A stretch of DNA of 63,985 nucleotides, filler included, from Barthelona sp. PAP020 (GCA_040182905.1; 16 parts of 16 records of this genome joined end to end with filler, not necessarily neighbours in it), one strand, 5' to 3'; positions 21,433 to 33,810 are shown, numbered from the whole stretch's first letter. A program made the numbers and translations. Notes: a model not told the origin generated them from the letters alone.

Positions 21433-24279
21433 ATGAATGTGTTACCGAAAAATGTATCTTGTTTGTCCTTAAGTAATGATAAGAAATCATTATTTTTTGG
21501 AACATTCAACGGTAATGTATACGAAATTAATCATGGATCGAAAAGCAAAAAGATTCAATGTTCACAAATTGAATGTTGTGTAAATGAACCTATAATTGAT
21601 ATTCATGATATATCATCTGATTCTGATTCAAAGCAATTGATTGTGCAGACTAAGCCTGCTCAAGAAAACGTAACCTTTGATTTATGTGATGATAAACGTT
21701 TTTCGAATAAATGTTTGACTGAATTTCATATTGTCAAATATAATCTCAACAAACATGAATCTTTCAGAGAATCGTACAAATTACGTTCGTCAGACATGTC
21801 TTTTTTCAATAATATCCACTTGTACGCGTTTAAAAAAGTTCAAGAGACGTTATTCTTTCTTGTGAATAATGTTTCCGCTGAAAAAAGCAGTTTACAATTG
21901 TTTGAAGTCAATTTAGAGAATTACTTTTTCAATTTCGTCAAGGAATTTTCTTCTGACTATGATAACAATATCATCACCATTGTTCCTTGTGTTGACAATG
22001 AAAGTATCTTATTTTATTTTGGTTGTGAAGATGGGAGCATTTCTTCTTTAGAACTCGATGAGAATAATTATGTATCTGTGGTTTCAAACAGATGCACTGA
22101 GAATGATGGAAAATATTCAGACATCTTCTTTTTGGAAGATAAAAAGGTACTTTTGGTTGAATATTGCTCAATATATGTCTATGATATGTCGTCTAGAGAA
22201 AAAAAAAGTTTTTACGACGAACAAAATAAGCCATTGTTTGATGTGAGTGAAGTGGCAATTAATTCAGCTTGCATTATAAAAAAGAAGAACGATCATGGTG
22301 ATGATGTTGATCTTTTGTTATTGAACACTAATTTCTCTAAAAAGGTTTTCAATATATCAGGTGAAAAACCGAAGTCTATCAACGATCATTTTGATCTTTA
22401 TGAAACCTTTTCAAAAGATTTTGACTCTTTTGTGGAATTAAAGTTTAACATGGTGTCTTTTAACGACATTATCTTTTGGATTAAAGGTAATAGAACGTTT
22501 GGTGAGCTTTGCTATGGTTCTTTGGATTTAAATCAGAATCAAGATGAAGTATTGTTTGAAGACCTATGTTATAATTTTGTCCAATCTGAAGATCCCTATT
22601 TTATTTTAGAAGAATTGCAGAAAATTTGGGCCGATGAGGAGGTTTTGAATAATTTCTGTGGGGATGAGCGTTTCATTCACGTTTTGGGTTCAAACAAAGA
22701 GATACATGATGCTGCTTCGGAAAAACTGCATTTTAGGAATTACGGGAGGACGAGTTTTACTGATGGACAAGAGCGAATCATAACAATGATTGTAGATAGG
22801 TCCAATATGTTGGAGAGTCAAAACGGTCATGCTTCTAATAACATGAATTCTTCCAAAAATGGTACTGATTCGAAGTTTAATCCCTCTAATATGTTCTCAA
22901 GAATATCAAAAAAGCAGGTTATAAAAAGGCCAATGTCTGAGAAAGAAACAATTTTGGAAAATTTTAATTTAGAGCAAAATTTGCAAGAATTTAAAGAATT
23001 GTTTGATGATCAGAGAAAAATCATTGATTCAAACAGTACAATAAATGATAAGTCGTCAGATGACGATGAAGTGTCTGGACCAAAGGATAAGATATCGTCA
23101 GATGATGTCGATGAAGTGTTTGAACCAAAGGATAGGATATCGTTAGATGACGTCGATGAAGTGTCTGAACCAAAGGATAAGATATCGTCAGATGATGTCG
23201 ATGAAGTGTCTGAACCAAAGGATAAGATATCGTTAGATGACGTCGATGAAGTGTCTGGACCAAAGGATAAGATGTCGTCAGATGATGTCGATGAAGTGTT
23301 TGAACCAAAGGATAGGATATCGTTAGATGACGTCGATGAAGTGTCTGAACCAAAGGATAAGATGTCGTCAGATGAGTTCAATGGAGTGTCTGGACCAAAG
23401 GATAAGATGTCGTCAGATGAGGATCTTCTCACACATGATTTAATTGCCAAGTCTTCTTTTGAGTTTCTCAAATCCATGGACGATAGAGATTGGAAACATT
23501 TCAACATTTCCAAAAAGTTATTCGGGTATTTTGAGTTGCCTATAAATTCTCAATTGTCTCCAAATTTATTTAATTTTTTTTGGAAAGACATTTCTAGGGA
23601 GGAGTTTCTGATTATTGCATCTTCATCACCTCAACATCATTTGTTTTGTTTAGATTTTTATGGAAAGAGAAAAGAAAAGTTTGAAAATTTGAAAATACTG
23701 GAGTGTTTCGATTCTTTAGAAAGTTTAAATAAAATTGTTAAATTTTTTCCTGCGGAAGAAATGGTGGAACATCTGAAAAATGCTGAATTTACCGATTTGT
23801 GGCGTAAAAACAATGATTTGAAGAATTTCATCTTCAACAGTGACAAGTGGCGTGAAGTACACAGACTACTTTACAAACTTCCTGACAATAAATTTGTTAT
23901 TTTGTTAAAAGAGAATATGTTTTGGCTTGAAAAAGTGGATATGGTATTCAAAAGCCTTATGGACTATTGTCATTCTGTTGATTTTTGCTTCGACAACGAG
24001 GCAAAATTACAGCATGCCTTCACATTGTTGAACGAAGGAATTCAACTGCGATGTGAAGTTACCAATAAAGAAATTGTTTTATCTCCTTTGGATGCTTTAT
24101 ATAAGGTGAGCCGTATTTTTGCTGACAAAAATATACTCTTGAAGATGGACAGAAATATTCATGATCAAATTTGCATGTATTATAAAAAAGAAATTGATAT
24201 TCTGTCTCAATCCTTCAAAATTGTTGCACCATTTTATCAATTGAAGTCTGAATTGGTAAAAAAAAGAAAACGTCTGTAA
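21433..24279 (+). CDS. Hypothetical 948-aa protein with N-terminal propeller-like region and acidic 15-aa repeats
   Basis: Long intact ORF with a WD-like start (VSCLSLSNDKKSLFFGTFNG). Confidence 0.8.
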   Translation: MNVLPKNVSCLSLSNDKKSLFFGTFNGNVYEINHGSKSKKIQCSQIECCVNEPIIDIHDISSDSDSKQLIVQTKPAQENVTFDLCDDKRFSNKCLTEFHIVKYNLNKHESFRESYKLRSSDMSFFNNIHLYAFKKVQETLFFLVNNVSAEKSSLQLFEVNLENYFFNFVKEFSSDYDNNIITIVPCVDNESILFYFGCEDGSISSLELDENNYVSVVSNRCTENDGKYSDIFFLEDKKVLLVEYCSIYVYDMSSREKKSFYDEQNKPLFDVSEVAINSACIIKKKNDHGDDVDLLLLNTNFSKKVFNISGEKPKSINDHFDLYETFSKDFDSFVELKFNMVSFNDIIFWIKGNRTFGELCYGSLDLNQNQDEVLFEDLCYNFVQSEDPYFILEELQKIWADEEVLNNFCGDERFIHVLGSNKEIHDAASEKLHFRNYGRTSFTDGQERIITMIVDRSNMLESQNGHASNNMNSSKNGTDSKFNPSNMFSRISKKQVIKRPMSEKETILENFNLEQNLQEFKELFDDQRKIIDSNSTINDKSSDDDEVSGPKDKISSDDVDEVFEPKDRISLDDVDEVSEPKDKISSDDVDEVSEPKDKISLDDVDEVSGPKDKMSSDDVDEVFEPKDRISLDDVDEVSEPKDKMSSDEFNGVSGPKDKMSSDEDLLTHDLIAKSSFEFLKSMDDRDWKHFNISKKLFGYFELPINSQLSPNLFNFFWKDISREEFLIIASSSPQHHLFCLDFYGKRKEKFENLKILECFDSLESLNKIVKFFPAEEMVEHLKNAEFTDLWRKNNDLKNFIFNSDKWREVHRLLYKLPDNKFVILLKENMFWLEKVDMVFKSLMDYCHSVDFCFDNEAKLQHAFTLLNEGIQLRCEVTNKEIVLSPLDALYKVSRIFADKNILLKMDRNIHDQICMYYKKEIDILSQSFKIVAPFYQLKSELVKKRKRL
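23047..23420 (+). repeat. Coding 45-bp tandem repeat (7 full units plus partial units)
   Basis: Unit GATAAGATRTCGTCAGATGAYGTCGATGAAGTGTCTGRACCAAAG at 23086, 23131 ... 23356, encoding DKISSDDVDEVSEPK. Confidence 0.97.
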
Positions 24280-24913
24280 TAAATATCGTGTTAATGTTTT
24301 TTTTTTTCTTTTTTTGACAAATAATAAAAGTGTAAAGAAAGAAAGACACCTTTGCTATATGTAATTCTTTTTTGTTAATAACTTTGATAAAGAGCATTGA
24401 GACACAACCGAATTAATATTTACTATTATATGTTACAAAGAACCAGAAACATTTGGGTTTGTTGGAAGTCATTTACTTGAAATTTCCTCTTTCAGCTTGA
24501 AAAAGAGTTTAAATTGTTTAAGCTGAAAGAATTCATTCAGACTTTTAGCATCAAAAAAAAAAAAAAAAACAAGACAATAACGTTTTTGTCCACTCAAATT
24601 TACTCAAGATGATGTTCGATAGCTCTAAAGACTTCAGTAATTTGATCAAACAAGTCCAANNNNNNNNNNNNNNNNNNNNNNNNNNNNNNNNNNNNNNNNN
24701 NNNTTAATTAATTAANNNNNNNNNNNNNNNNNNNNNNNNNNNNNNNNNNNNNNNNNNNNAAAAAGCAACAAGAAAATTTCAAAAAATTGTCTAAAAAGGA
24801 GCAAGAAAAGGTTCGCAGAAGACAAGAAAGAAAAACAATGATGAAATCTCAAAATCAGAGGATGCAGATCATCAGCAGGTGATATATAAAAGACTTCTTT
24901 TTTATTTGATTGA

Positions 24914-26458
24914 TTATTGTTCTTCATTTGTAGTGGGACAGGTCAATTTGCTTAACAACACCAATATTGCTATACCTTTCAATTTATCAAGGATTTCACC
25001 CTGATGAAACATTGTTTTTGCTACTCTAATCATCAGAAGAAATAGATTCTCTTTGGAAGCAATCATTCCATCTTCTATCAATTCCCAAATGTCAATAAAG
25101 AAATTCTTTTCTAAAATATGACCTACAAACCCATTTTGGATTGTTCTTAGACAAGTTTCAATTGAAAGGTCTTTTTTTTCAAATTCTTTTGGTCGATTTG
25201 TGAAAGATTGTTTAATTTTCGTAATGTTCTTCGATAATGTAAGAATAATCAATTGTTCTCTTGAAAATTGATTTGGTAATGATAGTTTTTGATTTACATT
25301 GTTTGTTTCCAATTTTAGTATTAAGAGATTTGTTTTTGTTGAAGCGATAACAGTTCCATAACAGATTTGACCTTGTTCATTGAATGAAATACATTGTCCT
25401 TGTTCAAAGTCTTCATTTATATTGTTTTGAAGAATCATACAAGTATCCATATCAAAAATAGTGTCAAAGAGCTTTGATTTTGTCAATTGTTGAGAAGAAC
25501 TGGACGATTCTGTGAATTCATTGTTTTGACTTTCATTGGTTTGTTTATTTGAATATTGATTTGGTTTTGAACTCTTATTTGTCGGTTTTTGAGGTTTATT
25601 TTTGTATTGTTTGTATTGAGATCGCGGTTCCAGTGAAGTGTTGTTTTTTTTGAAGATGTGTTGATTTGATTCATTTGAAGATTGTTCGGTCTTTTCATTT
25701 TTTGTCTGTATTGGTTGAATTGATTGTTCGTTTTGTTTTTGCTGTAGTTTTTCTTGTTTTTCTTGTGATACACGTGAAAGAAGATGTTCTTCAATTGTAT
25801 TGTTGCTTTCTTCGAATGTTTGAGTGATACTTTGACTACAAACAGTTTCTATCTGTGGTTGTGAAAGGGTATTTCTTGTTGGGCTGATCGATTTCACTAT
25901 TGGTGTTTTAACCATCTCTTTTCTCATTGGTGAACCAGGTAAAGAAACTGAAATCGGAGTAAATTTCATTTCATCATTTGAACATTGATTAATTATATCA
26001 ATTATTGGTGCTTTCTTCAAGTTACCAGCAATTTTTGATTTTGATGCTGGAATTTCATGTGTAAATTCTGTATTTTGCTGAAATGATCTTTTTAAATTTC
26101 TTCCATTTCCTCCTATGATAGTTCTTTTTGTTTGTTCTTTTTCTTTTCGTGGTTTTTGTAAAATTTCAATATTGACATCAGAATTTGTTTCTATTTGCGG
26201 TGTTTTTAAAGAATCAATTGTAAATTTTGGTAAATCATCTTTTTTTGTTTTATTTTTCTCTTCAAATATTGTGATTTCAATTTGATCTGTTTGAATTACA
26301 CAATGAGCCATGATAATATCAATAATTGTAGGTTTTTTTAAGGAAATATCATCATCTTTCAAATGATTGTTCAAATTATTTTGATAGCAAATAGAAATTA
26401 ATTCCCTTTTCGTTAAATGCTTCAATAAATCTTTGAATATTGGTGCATATAATAGCAT
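24914..26458 (-). CDS. Hypothetical protein with Q/N/S-rich middle region
   Basis: Long ORF. ATG 26458 follows a T-tract and avoids overlap with the upstream gene. Confidence 0.7.
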   Translation of the reverse strand: MLLYAPIFKDLLKHLTKRELISICYQNNLNNHLKDDDISLKKPTIIDIIMAHCVIQTDQIEITIFEEKNKTKKDDLPKFTIDSLKTPQIETNSDVNIEILQKPRKEKEQTKRTIIGGNGRNLKRSFQQNTEFTHEIPASKSKIAGNLKKAPIIDIINQCSNDEMKFTPISVSLPGSPMRKEMVKTPIVKSISPTRNTLSQPQIETVCSQSITQTFEESNNTIEEHLLSRVSQEKQEKLQQKQNEQSIQPIQTKNEKTEQSSNESNQHIFKKNNTSLEPRSQYKQYKNKPQKPTNKSSKPNQYSNKQTNESQNNEFTESSSSSQQLTKSKLFDTIFDMDTCMILQNNINEDFEQGQCISFNEQGQICYGTVIASTKTNLLILKLETNNVNQKLSLPNQFSREQLIILTLSKNITKIKQSFTNRPKEFEKKDLSIETCLRTIQNGFVGHILEKNFFIDIWELIEDGMIASKENLFLLMIRVAKTMFHQGEILDKLKGIAILVLLSKLTCPTTNEEQ

Positions 26459-26514
26459 AATAACAAAAAAATCAAGATTATAATGAAGAAATGAAATAAA
26501 AAACTTGACTTTAT

Positions 26515-26880
26515 TTATAAAGCAGGCAATTTTTTTTTCTTTTCCATCCAATTTTCTTTCTTTCTTAAGCGATTAAAGTCTTCAAATGGGATAGAAACAA
26601 AATTTACATTGACTTCTTTATTGCAATTTTCACAATAATGATGAAACGAACCCTTGTCAACAGAAATATTCACATCTCTACTATTTGACGAAAAGATATT
26701 ATCCGAATTATCAATAACTGTTTGAATTTTTTGATTTAATATAGAAGAATCCATGTTTGAAAACTCAACAAATTTCTTCAATACAAACGCATTATCAACA
26801 TTATCCAAAGAATAATTTGAGAAGTCAACTATATGATCACTATTACAAACATTTTTTCTTTCACTTTCAAGAAAGCTCAT
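26515..26880 (-). CDS. Hypothetical protein
   Basis: 121-aa ORF with a CxxC motif. Confidence 0.55.
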   Translation of the reverse strand: MSFLESERKNVCNSDHIVDFSNYSLDNVDNAFVLKKFVEFSNMDSSILNQKIQTVIDNSDNIFSSNSRDVNISVDKGSFHHYCENCNKEVNVNFVSIPFEDFNRLRKKENWMEKKKKLPAL

Positions 26881-27014
26881 TAAAGGAAATAAAACAATCT
26901 GTTTTTCTTGAGTTCAAATTGTTCAAAAATGTTTTTGAAAGCATTTAAAAATTATATAAAAGATATATCCTTCATTTACATTGCTGCAATAAAAAATTTT
27001 CTTTTGTTTGTTGT

Positions 27015-28535
27015 TTATAAAATTATGACTGCATCAGAATCTTCTTCTTCAAGGATTTGTTCGGTAAAATCTTGTATGTAATGACCCTTGACATCATCTA
27101 ATTGTTCAATATCTCTCCTTTGGTCCAAATTCTCAAAAGAGAATCTGTGCTGTTGAGGATGAATTGTTGCTACTTCATCATCAACCCCAGATGCATTCAA
27201 TATGTCCAAAAAAAAACCATCTGTTCTTATATCATCAAAGGATATAGGTATTTGACAATGGGGACAATACCAAACTCTGGTTGATTCACCAACATGTAAC
27301 AATGATGAGAGTTCCACACATTGTAAATGTTGACATTTTAATGACCTTACAGGAGTAACCATTTTGATCCGTAAAATTGGATCCAACAACGATACTGAGA
27401 AATCTTCAGCAACAATGTCATCGTTAGCTGAAGAAGCATCAGAATACCAAGTATTTGGTAGGGATGGTTTCATCAAGATGGCGGTTTCAAGATCTGCATG
27501 TGATCTTTCTGAGGATAGAAATAAGAAGGCTCCACAATGCCCTTTAATTTGAGGATGATTCAGAATGGTGATACCTTGAAATTGAAAGGTAAAAGTGGAA
27601 ATTCCAGCTCGAATAAGCGCCAAAACTTTTTTGGTAAGATCATAATGAGGGGAACAATAGACTGTGTTTGTCCTTTTTCTTTGATGATTTGGAATCTTTA
27701 TAAGAGGATATGGAGGTAATTGCTCTCCTTGAAAGGATACAGTTGGTTCATGTGTACCAGTGTAAGCTTGGGTTCTATCATCATAATCAACGTTAGGTAT
27801 AACAATTTGATGTCTATCCCGTGTATATAATCTCAAAATGATTCTTTTTTGAGGATTCATAAGCAGTATTCGTTGAAAATGCTCATCTAACTTGAACATA
27901 CATGAAGAATGACTCCCAAACAATGTATACTTGATAAGCTGGTGGTCATGATAGACAGGCAACATTGAATCAAGAATAGAGGGTAACCATTCAGAAAATT
28001 CTTTGGCGATAGGAGGTGATTGAAAAATAACTGTCTCTGGTATATTAGAAGCGGTGACATTCAAACCACCATAATCCATTGAAAGAGATGTTAAAGAACC
28101 ATAAGGCACAAACCTTTGAGTCATATTCTCATAAGAACTGTTTAAACTTGGCGTAGTTGTTGATTGTGACGAAATCACAAGTTGAGAAGAAGGAATAGAT
28201 GAAGATGAAACATAGGATCTGGTTGGCAATGGATAATCTTTGTTGGTTGAATCAACCTGATCAGTAGTATTTTCACCAGGGTGTTCATCAAGATATTCTA
28301 ATATGACGTCGATAATTTTCTCTACAAATCTTGCTTTGGGGCTGGTATTCAATAGGATTTTCCTTTCACCAAAGTGTTCATTAATTGTTTTGGCAATTTC
28401 TTTTAAAGTTGGAATTGTACAATTTCTGTATAATAAAGAAACTTTTTGAGCATCAGTTTCTTTTATCCAATGCAATAATTTTGTTTTGGTCAAATTAGTT
28501 TTGGTTGTTATTGAATCTATTAAGCTCGAAATCAT
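27015..28535 (-). CDS. SP-RING (zf-MIZ) SUMO E3 ligase, PIAS/Siz-like
   Basis: VSLLDPILRIKMVTPVRSLKCQHLQC...WYCPHC, with a C-terminal SIM-like acidic-hydrophobic end (EEEDSDAVIIL). Confidence 0.88.
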   Translation of the reverse strand: MISSLIDSITTKTNLTKTKLLHWIKETDAQKVSLLYRNCTIPTLKEIAKTINEHFGERKILLNTSPKARFVEKIIDVILEYLDEHPGENTTDQVDSTNKDYPLPTRSYVSSSSIPSSQLVISSQSTTTPSLNSSYENMTQRFVPYGSLTSLSMDYGGLNVTASNIPETVIFQSPPIAKEFSEWLPSILDSMLPVYHDHQLIKYTLFGSHSSCMFKLDEHFQRILLMNPQKRIILRLYTRDRHQIVIPNVDYDDRTQAYTGTHEPTVSFQGEQLPPYPLIKIPNHQRKRTNTVYCSPHYDLTKKVLALIRAGISTFTFQFQGITILNHPQIKGHCGAFLFLSSERSHADLETAILMKPSLPNTWYSDASSANDDIVAEDFSVSLLDPILRIKMVTPVRSLKCQHLQCVELSSLLHVGESTRVWYCPHCQIPISFDDIRTDGFFLDILNASGVDDEVATIHPQQHRFSFENLDQRRDIEQLDDVKGHYIQDFTEQILEEEDSDAVIIL

Positions 28536-28625
28536 TTTAATTTTAAATCTGAATCATTTAAAGTCTTCAATGAATAAAAAGTAAAAACAAAATTCATCAT
28601 CATTTTTTAATACAAATTATTCTTT

Positions 28626-28742
28626 ATGTTTGATTTAGACACTTCATTTGATTCATTTGATCTAGATCAAAGATTATTACGAGCAATTAAAGATATGAGG
28701 TTTGAACATCCAACTTATGTTCAAACAAAGAGTCTTAATTTT
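28626..28742 (+). CDS. DEAD-box helicase N-terminus with Q motif (DDX56/Dbp9-like, partial)
   Basis: SFDSFDLDQRLLRAIKDMRFEHPTYVQ. Confidence 0.75.
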
Positions 28743-28842
28743 NNNNNNNNNNNNNNNNNNNNNNNNNNNNNNNNNNNNNNNNNNNNTTAATTAATTAANN
28801 NNNNNNNNNNNNNNNNNNNNNNNNNNNNNNNNNNNNNNNNNN

Positions 28843-31800
28843 TCGATTTCATCAGGGTCAAAATGTACAACATTAAAAAGTAATTCCAACAAATGGTCAA
28901 AATTATCAGAATTTAAACTGAGACTATGTAAAAACAAGGTAGTACCTTGAATTAAAAATTGAATCAAACGTTTGACAAATAAATGACTATCAATCAAAGA
29001 AATTTTAACTTTACTGCCGTTTGAAATAATTTGATGATATTGACTTTTGTTTATACCATATTCTTTGATAAATAACCTACTAATTACACTGCAAAGATAA
29101 CCAAAATACAATAAAGCCAATTTATTTGTTAATTCTTGATTATCTTGCTGTGATTGAATATGAACTTCTTCAGCATCATTCAAAATATTTCCAAGACCCA
29201 AAATATCTTCCAATTGAAGAATTGTGGTTGCAATACATAACTGAATGTTTCTATGCAAAGTTAACAAAAAATTCTGAAGAGAATTACTGGAATTGTGATT
29301 CAATGAACCAATTATAGCAAAAGCGTTTAAAATGACAGTTATTTTATTGTAAATAAACGAATCTTCAGATAAATTAAAAATTTGGTTGAAAAAATATTGC
29401 ATTGTTTTTTCAATATTTTTGCTAGAAGATACTTTCCCATGTATCTTGTAGTAATATGTTAATTTAGATGAAAGAACCTGATTTGTCGATAATTTTGTTA
29501 AATTCCAACTGGCACTTGCCCAACATGGTAAAATATGCTCAATTTTTTTTCTTATTAACAGATTTAAACAATTATTCACCAATTCATTTTCAATTCGGTC
29601 ATCAAACATACTATTAAATAGGACACAAAGAATGTTAGAAGGATGAGTCAAGCCTAAAAGTGAATAATCGTACAGTATCTTAATGGTTGCATTGTCGACT
29701 TCTGTTGTTGAATCCTTACTAACCAAATATGGTATAGTAAGTTGAGCAATTTGAGATGCAGAATCAATAGAACTATCTTGATTTATTGTATATGCACTGT
29801 TGATCCCATTTAGATGGATTTTCATGAAAAGATTTGTCAAGGTCAATAAACCTTTCTTCACAAAACTGTTTGTTTGTTTATTTTTCAACAATTCTTCAAG
29901 AATCAATATAAAATCAGAATTGACGAGTATTGCTGAATGTTTGATACTCATCATGCACAAAACATTGAAACTATGGCATCTTAAAGCTAAAGAAGGGTAT
30001 TTAAGAGCTATTTGTAATAATAACACAAAAGTGGCTCTCACAGGTTCATAAGTTACATATAAATCATTTTCCCTATATTTAGCTTCTCTAATATCCATAC
30101 ACGTTGAAAAGTTATTACCATATGTCAACAAAGCTCCAAGCAAATGAAACTGTTTGGCAAATCTAATAACGTTATCACCAGGTTGAATAAAAGTCACCGT
30201 CTTTTCTGAAAAACTAAATAGGTCATTCTCAGAATGTTCTTCACCTGTACTGATAACAATTCTCCTAAGATTTTGAGAACAATTTTCAAAGAGAAAACTT
30301 ACATATTTTTGAATAGTTTGAACTCTCTTTTCAATTGCAAACTTTGATCTAATTTGAGATTTACCGTTTTGAATTAATTCAACAAGTTTAACCAAAAGCT
30401 GTACAACCTGATGTAAAAGAATAACATTGGTGCTTTTTTGAATACATTGACTTATGAGGTTAAAAAGAATATTTTCGTTATCTGAAGATAATTCAATGTT
30501 TTCAGGTTCAATAGACAATTGATTTAGGAATAAGTCTATCCAATTAACCACGAGTTTTGAATTATATTCAACAATAGAGGTAGCAGAAAATGTGTTTACC
30601 AATAAGTCCATTGGAATATTGAAAGGGTTTCTGAATATCTTTAAAGCAACATTTAAAATCAAGTTTTGATACTTGAAAAAAGAAGGAGTGATAAGAAAAC
30701 TCAATAAAAATCCATAAATACTGTCAAATAGAGAATAAAGTGCTTCAATTCTTTTAATGATCTTTTTATCATCAAACTGAGAAGTTTTAGGTAATTTTTC
30801 AAATATTGCCAGATCCTGTATGTCACAATTTAATAACATTACCATCAAAGCAATTGTTCCCGGATAAACATCATCATTAAACTCATCATTCAAAGAGAAT
30901 TTCAAATCTCCAATCTCTAACAATTTATTCGTAATAAATAACAACAAATCTTCTTCTTCTTCTTGTAAAGAATAATCAAAAGACTTTAATAAACAGCTAA
31001 AACAGTTCTTTAGAATGATATTCTCATCCTTTTCAATGGATTCAAATGAACTTACCATATCATTACATCTTCTCCATAATTTGAAGAATTCTTCCTTTAC
31101 AATATGAAAATAGAAATCAATGGTTGACTTTTTGGCCATAATTCCAATATTATCATTACAGATGATTTGTATCAACATATGTCTCAATATACCCTTTTTA
31201 AAATTGATACTTTCATCCTGATCTTTGGAATTATCAAAAATAGTCTTCATAAACTTTGAAAATGCTTCTTGTATTGATGTAGATGTTGATTTAAGATGAA
31301 ACAATATGACCTTTTCAAAATTATTTGTTTGATTCTCTGAGAAGGTGTAACATTTGTTCAGTAGTTTGAGTGTTGATACGGCCAATTTTGTTGGTAATGT
31401 AGAAATACATGAAATATTACTAATAATGCCAACTAAATTTTGAAATATCTCATAATCCCTTTGAACCAAAATATTCGGTTGCATTTCATATGTATATGGT
31501 TCAATAAAAACATTTAGCATATCTACAGCACTACAAACATCCTCTTTATTTGATAAATAAAGCTGAAATATGAAAGGAATGTAATTACAGAAGTCTTTAC
31601 TTTGATTTATAAATAAAAGAACTTTATGAATATCAGATTTAATCTTTAATTCTGATTCATCAATATCTTCCTTCAAATCAGTAACCAATGATGGAGGAAT
31701 CACAAATTTATTTAAATATAGTGGAAACTTCTGTGAAACAATGGCAGCAGCATCGTTTATTAATTTGTCATTCATATTCTGATCGTAAACAACATCAATC

Positions 31801-32812
31801 AACAACAGTAAACAATCAACACAAAAATTAACTCTATTATTGAATTCCTTTGATTTATTAATTCCATCAATCTCAATGAGATGTGATACTATCTTTTCAA
31901 TGAAATATTTTGCCAGGACAAAACAAACAGAATCTGACTTATTGATGGAAAGTTGTTCCAAAAAAAGTTTGAAAGTCAGTTGCAAATTTTTAACATCATC
32001 CAAATTGTCAAAAGTTTCATCATCAATTTCATCAATCTCTCCTTGTTTTCCTTCTTCAACTTTAAGATTAGCTTCATTTTCCCCATTTAATTTGAATAGA
32101 TGGAGAAATAATTGAAATACACTCTCAAATTTTTCAATCACATTCAAACCTAAATCAAGTCCTTTAACTTCATATTTTTTGTAACTATCTTGACTGACAT
32201 ATCTGGAGAAGGCTTTGGTAAATATAGTCATATAATCATTAGTCCTATTTTTTTGTTTCACAGCACTCAGTCCATTCAAAAAAGTGTGCACAATAGTTTC
32301 ACACAAAGTTTCATATTTTTCAACAATAACAAATAATAATTTGGAAACATAGTTAAGAAGAAACAAAACACTTGCTGAATTCTTTAAAAAATACATTGAA
32401 ACAATCTTTGTCAAAAACTCTTGTCCAAACATTGTCATTCCAACACTGCCATATTTAATCAAACGAAAAAATTCCTCAAAACAACATTTGATAGAAAATT
32501 TTATTGAACTATTAAATGAAAAACTTAAAACTTTCCCAATTAATACGCCAAAATAATCCATATAATATTGTTTTATAAATTGACTGGGAAATTGGCAATA
32601 AATACTGAATACCAATTTAAATGAATCAAAAAGGTTACAAAATATTTGTATATCATCTAATTCAATATAATAATTAAAATTAGCACTTAAATCTGTTTCT
32701 AAAGGTTCAATAAAATGCAAATATAAAGTCTCAAACATTGAGTCATTTCTATTTTGCAATAAATTCAATGATTCTATTTCACTAGTTAATAAATCATAGG
32801 ATCTACTGTCAT
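28843..32812 (-). CDS. Cohesin loader Scc2/NIPBL-like HEAT protein (internal fragment)
   Basis: Frame is open across the whole contig. DSSIDSASQIAQL and LGLTHPSNIL resemble NIPBL SGMSSSIMQLY and QGLIHPVQC. Confidence 0.6.
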
Positions 32813-32914
32813 NNNNNNNNNNNNNNNNNNNNNNNNNNNNNNNNNNNNNNNNNNNNTTAATTAATTAANNNNNNNNNNNNNNNNNNNNNNNNNNNNNNNN
32901 NNNNNNNNNNNNGT

Positions 32915-32977
32915 GAAGCCTCCATTGATGATGAAGGTGACATGGAAGAAAATGAAGACTACGATGCTGATTACTAA
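32915..32977 (+). CDS. Acidic C-terminal tail, possibly beta-tubulin (partial)
   Basis: EASIDDEGDMEENEDYDADY*. Confidence 0.45.
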   Translation, partial: EASIDDEGDMEENEDYDADY

Positions 32978-33151
32978 ATTTAATTGTGTAGTTAAAATTT
33001 GTTTGTAAAAACTTTACCTTTATTTATTAATTTTTTTGTTTTCACATTCTTTGTTCATTAAAGCCTTTTAAAAAAAAACAGAAATTTCTGCAGTTTTAAA
33101 AGGAAGTAAAAATTTTTGAAAAAAAAGAAAAATAAATTTATAACCAACAAA

Positions 33152-33763
33152 TCATTGAACATTGAGTTTCTGAGTCTTTTCAATTTTATTCTTGATTTTC
33201 CGGGAGGGTTGTTTGTTCTGTGAAGATTTTTTTTTGTTGCTTTTAGCCTTGTTGTGAACTTTTTCAAAAGGTTTCTTTGATGGAATGGTAGACTTTTCTG
33301 GTTCTTGTACTTCAATCTCTTCTTCTTCTTCATCTTCAATACCAAATTGAGCTCTTAATTTTAATGTGTTTTTCCAATGTTTGTTTCCAAAAGCATGTGG
33401 TTCAATATCTTTTTCATTCACCATTATCTTGTCACAAATAACACATCGATAAATTTTCCCAAATTTAACAATAAAAGGTAATTCGGGTGAATATTGTTCC
33501 AACTCAGGTGTTATTTGCGTGTAATCAACTTTTGAACCATTTGAATTAATTTTTTCGTCATTTTCAATATCATCAATTAAATGTCCCAAACCCCCTTCTC
33601 TAATAATATTATCCAATCTTTCTTGTGTCATTGGTCCATCAATATCTTCTTCATCAGTTGTGATATCTTCAAAATCGGAATCACTATTATCGATATTCAT
33701 TATCTTTTCAGATTCTTTCTTGAGCATGAAATCATTTTCAGCTGTTGGAATGCGTTTTAACAT
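33152..33763 (-). CDS. U1/matrin-type C2H2 zinc finger protein
   Basis: YRCVICDK...HAFGNKH with a basic C-terminus. Confidence 0.7.
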   Translation of the reverse strand: MLKRIPTAENDFMLKKESEKIMNIDNSDSDFEDITTDEEDIDGPMTQERLDNIIREGGLGHLIDDIENDEKINSNGSKVDYTQITPELEQYSPELPFIVKFGKIYRCVICDKIMVNEKDIEPHAFGNKHWKNTLKLRAQFGIEDEEEEEIEVQEPEKSTIPSKKPFEKVHNKAKSNKKKSSQNKQPSRKIKNKIEKTQKLNVQ

Positions 33764-33810
33764 GCAAGAGAAAAAAAAACTGAGAACTGATCTTCTTTTT
33801 TTTCTTGCTT

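Noticed and set aside
23047..23420. CRISPR-like periodicity
   Set aside because: No unique spacers; it is an in-frame coding tandem repeat.
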